A DNA stretch of 64,000 nucleotides, taken from contig NC_073392.1 of assembly GCF_028641065.1 (NCBI RefSeq), positions 21,328,001 through 21,392,000 on the forward strand. Reading direction: 5' to 3'. A model generated the notes under the pieces. The model was not told the DNA's origin, made no database searches, and worked only from the letters and a program-made list of their open reading frames with translations. Position 1 is the first letter of the stretch; every line of letters starts with the position of its first letter. The stretch comes from Leucoraja erinacea. Its lineage: Eukaryota. The translations under genes and the position numbers were made by a program. This document shows, piece by piece, positions 26,247 through 39,524 of this stretch.

Positions 26247-26645
26247 TGGTGAGAACCTCATCTATAGTAGAAGAGGGGAACCCCCGTTCCCTGAAGAATG
26301 AGGACATCTCCGATGCCCTGGTGTGGAACACCTCATCCTGGGTGCAGATGCGGCGTGGACTTGGGAGTAGGGGATGGAGTCCTTACAGGAAGCAGGGTAG
26401 GAAGAAGTGTAGTCCAGATAGCCATGGGAGTCAGTGGGTTTATAGTCGATGCCGGTCGGTAGTCTATCACCTGCGATGGAGATAGTGAGGTCTAGAAATG
26501 GTAAGGAAATATCAGAAATGGTCCAGGTGTATTTGAGTGCAGGATGGAAGTTAGTGGAGAAATGGATGAAGTCAGTGAGTTGTGTGCGGGTGCAGGAAGT
26601 AGCACCAATGCAGTCGTCGATGTAGCGGAGGTAGAGTTCTGGGAT
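26247..26645 (-). mobile_element. Penelope-like RT fragment
   Basis: YIDDCIG, FHPALKYTW, LPFLDL, YKPTDSH.YLDY, SFFRERGFP. Confidence 0.85.
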
Positions 26646-26758
26646 AGAGTGAAGATAATAATATGTGGGAGTATCAATAGAATAAGATCCAACAAATCTG
26701 TTTGTCTAGCATCATCAACGTTCCCAGTGTTCTGGATTAATGGGGTTGTACTCTACAG

Positions 26759-27272
26759 CATGGGTCGGCAACCTACGGCCCCCGGGGCGAATGCGACCCG
26801 TGACCCGAAATCATCTGGCCCGCAGACGTATTTTTTTCCCGTAATTATCCGGCCCACAGACTTCAGTCACCTCCTGTACTGCCGCGCGTCGCCGACCACG
26901 GCCGAGCGCCGAGCTCTGGCTGTACCGCATCCTGCGCAAAGCCGCCGGCACGGCCGCGCACCTTCTGTGTCTGGGCTTCACTGTCGGGATCGGGGTTGTC
27001 AATAGGCCAGGGATGAGTGAGTAAGAGTATTTGAACTATCGCCTTCAGGACAGAGCCAAGCCAATGGTCCTAAGGTACGCCATGTTCGTGAACACCCATA
27101 ATTGCGGGCCAGTGCTCCGGGTGGCGTCCTCGAAGGGGCGGGATCTATGTGAACACGTGATTTGATGCCTGCCATCCGGGGCGGGATCCAAGTACACATG
27201 ATAGATGTGGCCCGCCATCTACTCGCAGACATGCGTCCTGGCCCCTGTGCAGAACAAGGTTGCTGACCCTTG
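26759..27272. mobile_element. hAT (Charlie-like) MITE with perfect 8-bp TSD
   Basis: TIRs catgggtcggcaacct / aggttgctgacccttg; TSD ctctacag at 26751-26758 and 27273-27280. Confidence 0.9.
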
Positions 27273-27591
27273 CTCTACAGTATCTGGTATGAATGTGTTG
27301 GTTTTTAGATATACATTTATCCAACAGTAAACATTATGTTTCATTTGTGTCCTAGTAACATGTTACACTATTTAGCTCTTTTAGTTTAGAACATTTATAT
27401 CACAGTGAAGTACAATTACAGTGCATTTTTTAAAATAGATTAACATTATTTAATTTTGATCATAGTCCTATTTTTTTTTTTAAATTTCAACCAATAAGCT
27501 AAGGGATAAAATATGTTCCTGCCTCTGTCTACTGATAAATATCTCTTAAGATTTACCTCTTTAATCTGTCAACTGTTGTGTATGTGATTCA

Positions 27592-28085
27592 GTAATACAG
27601 TGAATGGTAGGGGTCTGGATAGTGTTGTAGAGCAAAGGGATCTAGGATTGCAGGTGCATGGTTCCTTGAAGGTGGAGTCGCAAGTCCTTGGAGCGCAGGA
27701 GGATGATGGAAGATCTTATAGAAGTGTAGAAGATCATGAGAGGAATAGATTGTGTAGTTGCACAGAGTCTCTTACCCAGAATAGGTGAATCGAGAACCGG
27801 AGGACATAGGTTTAAGGTGAAGGGGAAAGGATTTAATAGGAATCTGAGGGGTAACTTTTTCATACAAAGAGTGGTGGAAGTATGGAACAAGCTGCCAGAG
27901 GAGGTAGTTGAGGCAGGGACTATCCCAATATTTAGGAAACCGTTACAGGTACATGGATAGGACAGGTTTGGAGGAACATGGACCAAATGTGGGCAGGTGG
28001 GACTAGCGTAGATGGAACATGTTGGCTGGTGTGGGGAAGTTGGGCCGAAGGACCTGTTTCCATACTGTATCACTCTATGACTCCA
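27592..28085 (+). mobile_element. CR1 3' fragment with internal deletion
   Basis: EQRDLGLQVHGSLKV joined to GESRTGGHRFKV...FFIQRVVEVWNKLP. Confidence 0.85.
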
Positions 28086-28388
28086 TAATTCTCTGGTGAA
28101 CATTTAACAATGCTAAAAGCACCATTAAAATACAAGCTGTTGTCCACATACACTTAATTTAGTCTTTCAACTGTGCGTCTCATTGTTACCAGACTCTCAA
28201 AACTCTAGAATGTCTCACTATCAATACTTTGCCTACACATGGTTCGTAAAGACAATGTATCCCTGGCCATTAGTCATTGATGCGGCACAAGTGTTTCCAA
28301 TATTTTCATATCTGATTGTTCCATACAGAATGCATCCTGTTCTTTTGTCTAGATTTCTCTATAATTATTATTATTTTCATTTGAGCAG

Positions 28389-28547
28389 GGTGCCAGAGGT
28401 TATCCTATTGAAAAACTGAGGTTATTGGATGACTTAATTGAACCCTGGTTTATTTTCTCCCTGGTTTGGAGTGTTGGCTGTACTGGTGACGCTGCAAGTT
28501 ATACTATTTTCAACAATTGGTTGAGACAGAAAATGGTGGAGGAGAAG
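28389..28547 (+). CDS. DNAH1: DNAH1 exon (GARGYPIEK...IEPWFIFSLVWSVG...EEK)
   Basis: agcag|GGT...AAG|gtatga; 159 nt. Confidence 0.9.
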
Positions 28548-29749
28548 GTATGATTTAAGTGATGTGGCTAATTCAAGTAAAATCTTTCATATTAGAAGTT
28601 AAGTTACTTGCAATAATACAGTGCTGATGCAAGGTTGGTTTCGACTCGAAACATCGGCTGTCCCGTCAGCTCCATAGATGCTGCTTGACTTGCTGAGTTC
28701 ATCCAGCAGTTTGTTTTATACGCAGTGATTTTTTGTCATTCCAACAGGATTAACCATTTTTTATGCCAGACTATGTTAAGTGTCCAGCACTTATCTTGCC
28801 AATTCATGTAAAAAAAAAATTTAATTTAAATTAAAAAAAATGAAAAATGTCCCCCCTTCATTGGTAACTTCAAGTTCATAAGGTTGATGTTTACAATAAA
28901 TAAGGACTCATACAAGACATGATGGTCACCTATTTTCAGTACTTACAGCTAACCAATTCATTCTTACAGTGCACACCAACGTGTGCTTTGAACTTCATCT
29001 TCATGCGAAAGCCCTAGGCTTTAAATTCATGCACTAACCCCATGGTAGTCTGTTATCCCACCAAGCTAGAGTAGAGAAAGTTTCATGGTTTGGGAGGTTG
29101 ATTGTGGGGAGGGGGCGGGTTTGCGGGAGAGAAAGGCAGAGGAGGTGGGAGAATATCAGTTGGTCTCGAGAATTGGAGAAACAGGAGAAGATAATATGAG
29201 GGTTATAGGTTGGAAGGAGAGGGTTCTATCAGGAGATAGGGAGATGACAAAGAGAGAGTAGGAGAGGAAAAAGGCAGTTGGAAGCTTGAGGGGGAGATAA
29301 TTGGGTGAAAAAATGGAATGGAGGATGAATAATTGGGAAGGAAATAATCAGGAAAAAAGATAGTTGTTGCAAAATCAGATGTGGGCAATGAATTTATGGA
29401 CATCACTGTAATTACCAAAAGATCCCTGTGCATATGCACATCATATGCATGAACATAAACATAATTTCACAAGATGAATCCAATTTATATATGCAGAAGG
29501 CTGAAAATATAAGAATGTTTCCCTTTAAATGCAAGGTAGGTGCTCCAGAGAAGTGAGATTAGTTTTATATAATTTACATACATAAAGTCAGCCACAATCT
29601 TTTGGAACTACGTGGTCACAGAGCCAGTTTGATAGGGGAAATACTCAATTATATCCATTCTGGCTGGTTATACTGTAGTAGTGCCGCTAAATACTACATG
29701 AAGTAAGATGCAGAAATGAATAAACTATAAGCCATCCTTACCATTATAG

Positions 29750-29851
29750 ATGACTCTGCATTTCCCTGATGTTGGATTGGTGTATGATTATCAGCTGGAT
29801 GATGCTGGATTTAGCAGTACGAGTCATGAGGAGGAAGAAATTGATAGAAAG
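29750..29851 (+). CDS. DNAH1: DNAH1 exon (MTLHFPDVGLVYDYQLDDAGFSSTSHEEEEIDRK)
   Basis: tatag|ATG...AAG|gtatgt; 102 nt. Confidence 0.88.
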
Positions 29852-30325
29852 GTATGTTAATTCCTGGCTCAATGTTTGCAAGTGTTTCAGTATATCAAGT
29901 GAGTTACTATCATAAACACGATATTTTTGAACTATAATGCTAAGGATCACCAATTAGTATGTACTTGGATAAAATGTAATGTGAACAGACATAAGTAAAT
30001 TACCAGACTAGTTTTCTGGAGACCTGGACTAACCGTGTGCAGACAGGACGTCGAAGGACGACAAGCCGAAGCCAAGATGCCATAGCCAAGATGCCGAAAC
30101 GACATCACCCCCAAAAACCAAGGTAACGAACGGACACAACGCCGAAAAGACAAAACGCAGAACGGACATGATGTTGAAAAGTCGCCGAACGGACATGACG
30201 TCTCCGGGGACGGGATTTGTCCGAGACCTCATCAGCGATTGGTCCAGACCTCCGTGTCCATCACATCACTGACCGGGGGGAGACAGGAGGGTGGGGGGGG
30301 AGCTTGAGCTTTACGTTTGTAAAAT

Positions 30326-30678
30326 AGTGGCAGTGATTCCAAGCTGCTGCGATTGCCACAGAGGCAGTGATGGGCCTGGGCTTGATCCTGACAACAGTTG
30401 TTGTATGGAGTTTGTATGTTCTCACCATGACAATGTGAGTTTTCTCAGGGTGCTTCGGTTTGCTCCTACACTCCAAAAATGAACAGGTTTGCAGGTTAAG
30501 TGGCTTCGGTAAAATTGTAGGATAGTGCTAGTGTGGTGCGTAGGATAGTACTAGTGTACTGGGTAATCGCTGGTCAGCATGGGCCAAACGGCCCGTTTCT
30601 GCGCTGCGCTGCATTTCTGAATAAAAGCTTTTCACTGTACCTCGGTACAGTTGACAATAAACTAAATTGAACTAAATT
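30326..30678 (+). mobile_element. HE1/V-SINE-like SINE followed by a tgacaataaa-type tail
   Basis: Central domain tggagtttgtatgttctc...ggtttgctcctacactccaaa. Confidence 0.7.
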
Positions 30679-30704
30679 ACCTTCTCCTTCACCTTCTGTA
30701 TTTC

Positions 30705-32012
30705 TGAGGTCCCAGCTCAGTGCTGGGACCTCAGCTATTTACAATATACATTAATGATTTAGATGAAGGGATTACTTAAGGAAGTAGCCTCAGAAATAGT
30801 GGATGCATTAGTGATAATTTTTCAAAACTATTTACATTCTGCAGTAGTTCCTGAGGATTGAAGGGTAGCTAATGTAACCCCACTTTTTAAAAAGGGAGGG
30901 AGAGAGAAAACGGGGAATTACAGACCAGTTAGTCGAACATCAGTAGTTGGGAAGTTGCTAGAATCAGTTATTAAAGATGGGATAGCAGCATATTTAGAAA
31001 GTGGTGAAATCATTGGACAAAGTCAGCATGGATTTATGAAAGGTAAATCATGTCTGACGAATCTTATAGAATTTTTCGAGGATGTAACTAGTAGAGTGGA
31101 TAAGGGAGAACCAGTGGATGTGGTATATCTGGACTTTCAAAAGCCTTTCGACAAGGTCCCACATAAGAGATTAGTATGCAAACTTAAAGCACACGGTATT
31201 GTGGGTTCAGTATTGATTCAGTATAATGAACTGGCTGGCAGACAGGAAGCAAAGAGTAGAAGTAAACGGGTTCTTTTCAGAATGGCAGGCGGTGACTAGT
31301 GGGGTACCGCAAGGCTCAGTGCTGGGACCCCAGCTATTTACAATATATATTAATTATTTGGACGAGGGAATTGAATGCATGAATTGAATCCATGTTTGTG
31401 GATGACACAAAGCTGGGGGGGCAGTGTTAGCTGTGAGGAGGATGCTAGGAGGCTGCAAGGTGACTTGGATAGGTTGGGTGAGTGGGAAAATGCATGGCAG
31501 ATGCAGTATAATGTGGATAAATGTGAGGTTATCCACTTTGGTGGCAAAAACAGGAAAGTAGACTATTATCTGAATGGTGGCCGATTAGGAAAAGGGGAGA
31601 TGCAACGAGGCCTGGGTGTCATAGTACACCAGTCATTGAAAGTAGGCATGCAGGTGCAGCAGGCAGTGAAGAAAGTGAATGGTACGTTAGCATTCATAGC
31701 AAAAGGATTTGAGTATAGGAGCAGGGAGGTTCTACTGCAGTTGTACAGGGCCTTGGTGAGACCACACCTGGAGTATTGTGTACAGTTTTTGTCTCCTAAT
31801 CTGAGGAAAGACATTCTTGCCATAGAGGGAGTACAGAAAAGGTTCACCAGACTGATTCCTGGGATGGCAGGACTTTCATATGAAGAAAGACTGGATAGAC
31901 TGGATAGCAGTCAGGGGAAATGGAGAGAAGGCAGGATCGCGGTACTGATTGTAGATGATCAGCCATGAACACAGTGAATGGCGGTGCTAGCTCGTAGAAC
32001 TATTGTCTATTG
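30705..32012 (+). mobile_element. CR1 RT to 3' end, rearranged and internally deleted
   Basis: [39 protein letters not shown]. Confidence 0.9.
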
Positions 32013-32775
32013 AACATCCTCTATTACAAAAGACAATGGCAGCAGACACAAATGAGCATCACCACAAGTAGAGATTCGCCTCTAAGCCATATAACATCAT
32101 AATTTGGACATATATCAATTTGTCTTCAGTGTTGCTGGGTCCAAATTTCAAAACCTTCCACCCAACAGCATTGTGAGAATGGCTTCATGACAAATACTGC
32201 AACATTTAAAAAAGCTGAGTAACCACCAACATTTCAAGAGCAATGAGAGATCATCAATTAATGCCAGTGTAATAAAAATTGCATTGGGACCAATCGAACA
32301 AAAGCTGTTACCACATCAGGATTTTGTGCCAGTGACAGAATGCATTACTACCCTAAAGCCTTCATGAATCATCTTTACAAATCTTGCAGAAACCAGTTTT
32401 TTCCCCTCTCTAGAATTGTTGAGTATTTCTGTGATATGTATGAAGTGCATCATCAACCACTTGGAATGAATATCTGAAGACTGCAATATTGATATTGGCC
32501 AATTTAGTCTGTGGGGCGAGGAGCTTTTTCGTTCTGGTTCGTGACCCAACTCACGGAACTACCTAAATTTATATAAATCATACCTGAAACTCGTCAAGAC
32601 CAAAACCTGCACATTTTTAAGAAATATGAGAAAAAACTCACATTTTTTGAGTAATAATTGCCCAATCAATCCATGTTTGACATTGAGGTTGGACGTAAAT
32701 TTACCAATCCCGCGCTTTGTTTTATGGTCGTTAGGCAGCGACGACCCTGGGGTCATGACTGCCTCCTCATTAACA

Positions 32776-33552
32776 CAAACAAGGGGGCAGATTATTATCT
32801 CAATTGGGTTAGGTTAGGTAAGGTGGAGGTGCAGCGAGACCTGGGCGTCCTTGTACACCGGTCACTGAAAGTTGGCTTACAGGCACAGCAGGCAGTGAAG
32901 AAAGCTAATGGAATGTTTGGCCTTCATAACAAGAGGATTTCAGTATAGGAGTAAAGAGGTTCTTCTGCAGTTGTATAGGGCTCTGGTGAGACCACATCTG
33001 GAGTATTGTGTACAGTTTTGGTCTCCTAATTTGAGGAAGGACAACCTTGTGATTGAGGCAGTGCAGCGTATGTTCATGAGATTGATCCCTGGGATGGCGG
33101 GGCTGTCATATGAGGAAAGATTGAAAAGACTAGGCTTATATTCACTGGAGTTTAGGATGAGGGGGATCTTATAGAAACATATAAAATTATAAAAGGACTG
33201 GACAAGCTAGATGCAGGAAAAATGTTCCCAATGTGGGGCGAGTCCAGAACCAGGGGCCACAGTCTTAGAATAAAGGGGAGGTCATTTAAGACTGAGGTGA
33301 GAAAAAACTTTTTCACCCAGAGAGTTGTGAATTTATGGAATTCCCTGCCACAGCGGGCAGTGGAGGCCAAGTCACTGGAGGAATTTAAGAGAGAGTTAGA
33401 TAGAGTTCTAGGGGCTAGTGGAGTCAAGGGATATGGGGAGAAGGCAGGCATGGTTTATTGATAGGGGACGATCAGCCATGATCACATTGAATGGCGGTGC
33501 TGGCTCGAAGAGCCGAATGGCCTCCTACTGCACCTATTTTCTATGTTTCTAT
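32776..33552 (+). mobile_element. CR1 3' fragment, young
   Basis: [13 protein letters not shown]; 3' end cacctattttctatgtttcta. Confidence 0.9.
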
Positions 33553-33987
33553 TACATCAAAAACAATAACAAGGTTTCTAAGGAATAAAGGTAATGCTCA
33601 CCTTGCTGTTCATTTTGATTATCAATTGATTTATCTTTATAAAGTTATAATGTGAACTGTTAATTAAAAATGATAAATAACAAATGTACAGCTAGGGTTA
33701 GTGTTAGTCAGTCAGTCAGTCGGTCGGTCAATCAATCAGTCAGGCTTGTCGGTAGGCCGATGGATGCTGTGTCGGTAGGCCGATGGATGCTGTGGAGGAT
33801 TGGTCGGGACGTTGGGCCACCGGTGGGTGGTGAGAGTTGAGCCGGGCCTGTCGGCCTACCGCCAAGCCCGACTGATGCCAGTTCTTTACAGATAACTTAT
33901 TTTTTTAATAAATGTCTCTTATTAGAATATATAGATTTAAGCTTTTTGTAATCATGTGTCACCTCGTCGCTCTGGTTTGTGTAACAG

Positions 33988-34128
33988 GTACATTGGGTCG
34001 ACTGGATGGTATCTGCACCAGAAATAGAAATTACACCAGAGACCAATTACTCTGACATTATTGTTCCAACCCAGGACACCATACGCATGTCACAATTGCT
34101 GTCGATGCTTCTAACCAACAAGAAACCA
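33988..34128 (+). CDS. DNAH1: DNAH1 exon (VHWVDWM...IIVPTQDTIRMSQLLSMLLTNKKP)
   Basis: aacag|GTA...CCA|gtaagt; 141 nt. Confidence 0.92.
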
Positions 34129-35418
34129 GTAAGTTATTTCATTGGTTTATTTAAGGAATGGAGTAGTCCAGATGAATTGCATCCATTCATTTTGAAATAT
34201 ATCTAGGGAAGTACAAGTGGCACATACTTAATAACATTTAACAAAATGGGTAGTGTACATGTTTCCCAGGACACTATAAATCAGCCATACATCGGTGATA
34301 CAAACATTAATTGAACTGCTGAAGAAATAAAGAGGAACAATTCTTGGTTTGAGCTCATTCAGTTCTCATAAAACATGACCAAAGCCGAAGAGTTGTCAGA
34401 GTACTTTTGTGGAATGAGTACATCCAGATTTACAAATAAATACAATAAAAGTGCATGGAGGCATTAGAAATGTAGCAGAATGGACAGTAACTTATTTCAA
34501 GATAGGAAGTGCAGAAATTCACAGCAGATATAAAGTGGACAGTAGGAATCGACAAGTATCAGTGAGAGGAATAATGATGTTCATAATTTATGTTAACAAT
34601 TTAATCTGCCTTAAATAAAAAGGAGCTTCTTAAAGTGATCCTATTTTCTCTACCATCTTTCATTATAAGAAAGAAACCTAGAAAGTACACAAAATATGTT
34701 TATGTAGGGAGCTAAACATAGAAACATAGAAAATAAGTGCAGGAGGAGGCCATTTGGCCCTTCGAGCCAGCACCACCATTCATTGTGTTCATGGCTGATC
34801 ATCCACAATCAGTAAACCGTGCCTGCCTTCTCCCTATATCCCTTGATTCTGCTAGCCCCTAGAGCTCTATCTACCTCTTTTAAATTCATCCAGTGCATTG
34901 GCCTCCAATGCCTTATGTGGCAGAGAATTCCACAACTCTCTAGGTGAAAAAGTTTTTTCTCATCTCAGTTTTAAATGGCCTCCCCTTTATGGGGCTTTCT
35001 CACGGGGCGACTTGACGCAAGAGGTAACCAGAGTTGAACATCGTGGGAACCTCGTACGATAACCGTACGGCATTCGTAGACCACCGTGGACCACTGTGGC
35101 GCTAATGGCAGGTACTCGTGTAACTTGTTGACTCGGGAGAAAATTCAAGCAAGCTTGAATTTCTCCAAGAGTGACTTGTACACTTGTGGTTGAACATTGA
35201 AACATTATATGGACGTAGTGGCCAGTGCGATATCCGTAATAACTCTTGCGTTTACCGTGGGAACTCCTGCAAACGGTGAACCCGGAAGCTGGACAGAGGG
35301 GACAGAAGGTGAGTAAAAAAGGTGGTCTCAATATCGCCAATGGAACATGTGTCCATCGAGGACGTCCCACCTCATTATCATTGTTGGAGAATCTTTTTCA
35401 CTGGAACACTTGCAGAGA

Positions 35419-35831
35419 TGGCTCCCAGAAAAGCTCAAAGAAAGGGGGTAAAGCATGTCAGAAAGGTTTTTGCCATGCAGGAGAATGAGGAGGAGATGCA
35501 GCAAGAGAGACAGGTGGAGAGGCAACAGGAGATGCCACAGATAATACTGCCTGTGGGCTCCTTGGAGCAGGGAGAGGGTGAGCAAGGTGGATTTCAGATT
35601 GCCTCCCCAGTAGCCGTTGTAGGAATAGCCTCAACAGACGCGTATATAAAGGGAAGATGGCAGAAGGTAAGGCCATATAACTTCACCAGGGAACAAGAGT
35701 GTGAACTTGTAGAATGGTACCAATTCAACGAAATTCTTTACGATAAATCCAGAGAGGATTACAGAAACAGGGAGAAAAAACGGAACCTGCTGGAGACGAA
35801 GGCTGCGGAGTATCCCGGGTGCTCATGTTAG
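35419..35831 (+). pseudogene. Harbinger MADF/Myb-like DNA-binding protein, first coding part
   Basis: FTREQECELVEWYQFNEILYDKSREDYRNREKKRNLL resembles a MADF domain. Confidence 0.7.
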
Positions 35832-36030
35832 TATATATAACGATATATTAGTACATCAACAGGAAAACCATTTAATGTTATCCATGATTTAAAAACATAC
35901 ATTGCTATTGATGTAAAAGTGCTGTTTTTGCAGTTAACTTAAACTTCTCTTATAAGTGTGTCTGTGCCCTGCAGCTGCAAAGTAAAAAAGTCGCAGACAG
36001 CTTTTACACGCTCTGTGTTTGAAGTTGGAA

Positions 36031-36231
36031 TCATGAATCATATTGTCCAAATAGAGGTCTCCGTTGAAAGATGGGCTTCACCCAGTGAGACTTCCTCTTA
36101 ATTCTCTTTTTAATTAATCTCACCCATCTGCCTTCACGCAAGCATCCTCGATTCACATAGAGGGCTGCTGCATACAGCGCGTCAATGAAAAACACCACCA
36201 TCCTGTACTCGAAACTACTTAGTACAGGCAT
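36031..36231 (-). pseudogene. Harbinger transposase N-terminal remnant
   Basis: RKSHWVKPIFQRRPLFGQY resembles the WVxPxxxRRxxxGxY N-terminal motif of Harbinger transposases. Confidence 0.55.
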
Positions 36232-37028
36232 GTCTCCAAATGAGCCAATTCAACCAAGGGAGGATATTTATAGTGTGTGAAAAAAAAAGTGACATCATTT
36301 GTGCCACATGATGATTTAACAACACTTCACAGTTCACAATGTTCATTCAAGATTTAACGGGGAAGCTCGGGAGACGGACAAGTCACTCGCACAAATAACA
36401 GAAATGCCGAGTACCCGTGGGAACTCTTTATCTACCCCCCGTTATATCGTGTGATATCGTGCTAGACCACGACCACTTCACTCTGGTTACATCTTGCGTC
36501 AAGTCGCCCCGTGAGAAAGCCTCTTTATTCTTAGCCTGTGGCCCCTAGTTCTGGACTCCCCCACATTGGGAATTTTTTTCCTGCATCAAGCTTGTCCAGC
36601 CCTTTTATAATTTTATACGTTTCTATAAGATTCCCTCTCATCCTTCTAAATTCCAGTGAATACAAGCCGTCTTTCCAATCTTTCCTCATATGACAGTCCC
36701 GCCATCCCGGGGGTTAACCTCGTGAACTTACGCTGCACTGCCTCAATAGCAAGGATGTCCTTCCTCAAATTAGGAGAGCAAAACTGCACACAGTACTCCA
36801 GATGTGGTCTCACCAGGGCCCTGTACACCGCAGAAGGACCTCTTCACTCCTATACTCAAATCCTCTTGTTATGAAGGCCAACATGCCATTAGCTTTCCTC
36901 ACTGCCTGCTGTACCTGCAGTATCCTTACAGTATCTTCTACTAATACTGCAAAGGGTAACTTTAAAATGTTGTTATTAATATTCCTACGCCTGTCATGAA
37001 GATTGCTTTTGTTTTCCATCCCCTTAAG

Positions 37029-37189
37029 GTGCTATGCATTGGACCGACAGGAACTGGAAAGACCATTGTCATCTCTGACAAGCTTCTTAAAAAGATGCAT
37101 CCCGATTGCATCTCACATTTTTTGATATTTTCAGCTCATACATCAGCTAATCAAACACAGGATTTTATTGACAGTAAACTTGATAAGAG
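37029..37189 (+). CDS. DNAH1: DNAH1 exon with AAA3 P-loop (VLCIGPTGTGKT...TSANQTQDFIDSKLDKR)
   Basis: ttaag|GTG...AG|gtaagt; 161 nt. Confidence 0.95.
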
Positions 37190-37329
37190 GTAAGTTTGTG
37201 GATAAGATACTGTAGAGCAGGAAGAGTTCAACAACTCTTGACAGCCTTGTAAGCTTCCAAGCACATTATAGCCACCAAAATCATAGAAATGCCAGTTTGA
37301 TCTTTTATGAGTTCCTATTCATCAGGAAC

Positions 37330-37660
37330 TCCATGAGTATAAGAAGTACATTTATGAAAGCAATCAGGACAAAGAAATGTAGTTGGCAGACAAAGTAAAG
37401 GAAAGTTAGAAAAGTCTCTACAAGTATATTAAGAGTAAAAGGGTGGTGAAGGAAATAATAGGTCCCCTTAAATATAATCGTGGCTATCTTTTGTATAGAA
37501 CTGCAAGAGAGGGGGAGATTTAAATGGATACATCTCATTCAATTTTAATGAGGAGAAGGTCATGGAAGCTAAAGAATTGAGACATATGCATTGTGGTGTG
37601 TTAGGTCATATACAAATTACCATAGAGGAAGTATTGGTGGTTTTAAAGTTCATTAAAGTG
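37330..37660 (+). mobile_element. Old CR1 ORF2 mid-region fragment
   Basis: KVSTSILRVK-like/aagtatattaagagtaaaagg...ataggtcccttaaa trace. Confidence 0.5.
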
Positions 37661-38264
37661 TTGAGGTTCACTTTCCCTTAAACAGACAAAAACGCAAATA
37701 AAATCAGTAATCAAGCAGTGAAATTTTATTTTGCCAGGCGGGTGCGGTAAAAACTCTTACAGTTTAGTGTAGTAAAGACTCTTACAGCCTGAAGCGGTAC
37801 TGCATGTCGGCACAAACAATGTCGGAAAGAAAGGGATGAATATTCTGCAGCGTGACTTTAGAGAGCTCAGAAAAATGCTGAAAAGCAGGACCTCTAGGAT
37901 GGTTGTCTCCAGTTTGCTTCCAGTTCCTTGTGCTGGCAAGAGCAGGAACAGGGAGACACAGGACCTGAATGTGTGGCTGAGGAACTATTGCAGGGGGCAG
38001 GGATTTTTAGACCACTCGGATCTGTTTTGGAGTAAGGCAGAACTGTGCAAAAGAGACGGATTGGCCCTTAACAGGTGGGGGATCAGCATTCTGGCAGGCA
38101 AGTTTGCCAATGCTACACGGGTGGTTTTAAACTAAATAAGGGGGGGGGGGGAGAGGTGTCAAATGGGATAGTCAAGGACGGAGTTAAGGGAAAGAGAGTA
38201 AAGGGATAGTTAATGACCCCCAGATTTAACAGGAAAACAGAAAACAGAAAAGAAAGCTCACAAA

Positions 38265-38565
38265 GCTGTTCCAGCTGTTACGGTCAGGCAAACGCCTCCG
38301 TTGCCATGCGGTGAGAACGGAGTGGTTGAGAAGGAGTTTCTTCCCAGAGGCCATTCGGACTGTAAATGCCTATCTCACCAGGGACTAACTCTACTGAACG
38401 TTTTTCCTTCCATTATTTATTATGTAAAAGAATATGTGTGTTATGATTGTGTTTATAGTTTGTTTGGTTGTTTGTCTTTTGCACAAAGGTCCGCGAGCAT
38501 TGCCAATTTCATTTCACTGCACATCTCGTATGTGTATGTGACAAATAAACTTGACTTGACTTGAC
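38265..38565 (+). mobile_element. Rex1/Babar-type LINE 3' end nested in the CR1
   Basis: RLRCHAVRTEWLRRSFFPEAIRTVN; tgacaaataaa(cttga)n tail; short acaaag flanking repeat. Confidence 0.7.
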
Positions 38566-39524
38566 AAAGAGATAGGAGAGTATGGCCAAGTTTAATAGGG
38601 ATCGATGTGAAAGGTGAGATGCGTAAGGAATTAAAAATATTGTATATGAACGCGCGAAAGTATAAGAAGTAAAGTAGATGAGCTTGAGGTGCAGTTAGAG
38701 GTTGGTAGATATGACATTGTGGGGATTACTGAGACGTGGCTGCAGGAGGATCGGGCCTGAGAACTTAATATTCAGGGTTATACATCCTATAGAAAGGACA
38801 GGCAGGTGGGCAGAGGAGAGGGGGTAGCTCTGCTGGTGGGGGATGGAATTCAGTCCCTTGCGAGGGAAGACATAGGGACTGATGAGGTAGAATCACTGTG
38901 GATTGAGTTGAGGAATTGTAAAGGCAAGAAGACACTAATTGGTGTTATCTACAGACCCTTAAATAGTAGCCCGGATGTAAGGTGTAAGTTGCAGCAGGAT
39001 TTAAAACTGGCATGTAACAAAGGTAATGCCACTGTGGTGATGAGGGATTTCAATATGCAGGTAGACTGGGAAAATCAGGTTGGTTCAGGACCCCAAGAAA
39101 GAGAATTTGTAGAGTGCCTCCGAGATGTATTCTTAGAGCAGCTTGTAATGGAGCCGACCAGAGAAAAGGCAATTCTGGATTTAGTGTTGTCCAGTGAACC
39201 AGATTTGATAAGAGAACTTGTGGTAAAGGAACCGCTTGGAGGTAGTGATCATAATATGATTAGTATTAATATGCAATTTGAGAAGGAGAAGGTTAAATCG
39301 GAAGTGTCAGTGATGCAGTTGAACAAAAGGGACTATGAAGGCATGAAAGAGGAGCTGGTCAAGGTAGACTGGAAAGGGATCCTAGCAGGAATGACGGTGG
39401 AACAGCAATGGCAGGAATTTCTGGGCATAATCCAGAAGACACAGGATCATTTCAATCCAAAAAGGAATAAAGATTCTAAGGGGAGTAGGAGGCAACCATG
39501 GCTGACAAGAGAAGGGATAGAAGA

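Larger units (their letters stand above)
34990..36524. mobile_element. PIF/Harbinger transposon, internally deleted
   Basis: ~45-bp TIRs ggggctttctcacggggcgacttgacgcaaga; TTA TSD at 34987-34989 and 36525-36527; MADF ORF plus transposase N-terminus. Confidence 0.88.
34715..36920 (-). mobile_element. CR1 3' fragment split by a Harbinger insertion
   Basis: CR1 sequence ggcctcccctttattctt is rejoined when 34990-36524 and one TTA are removed. Confidence 0.88.
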
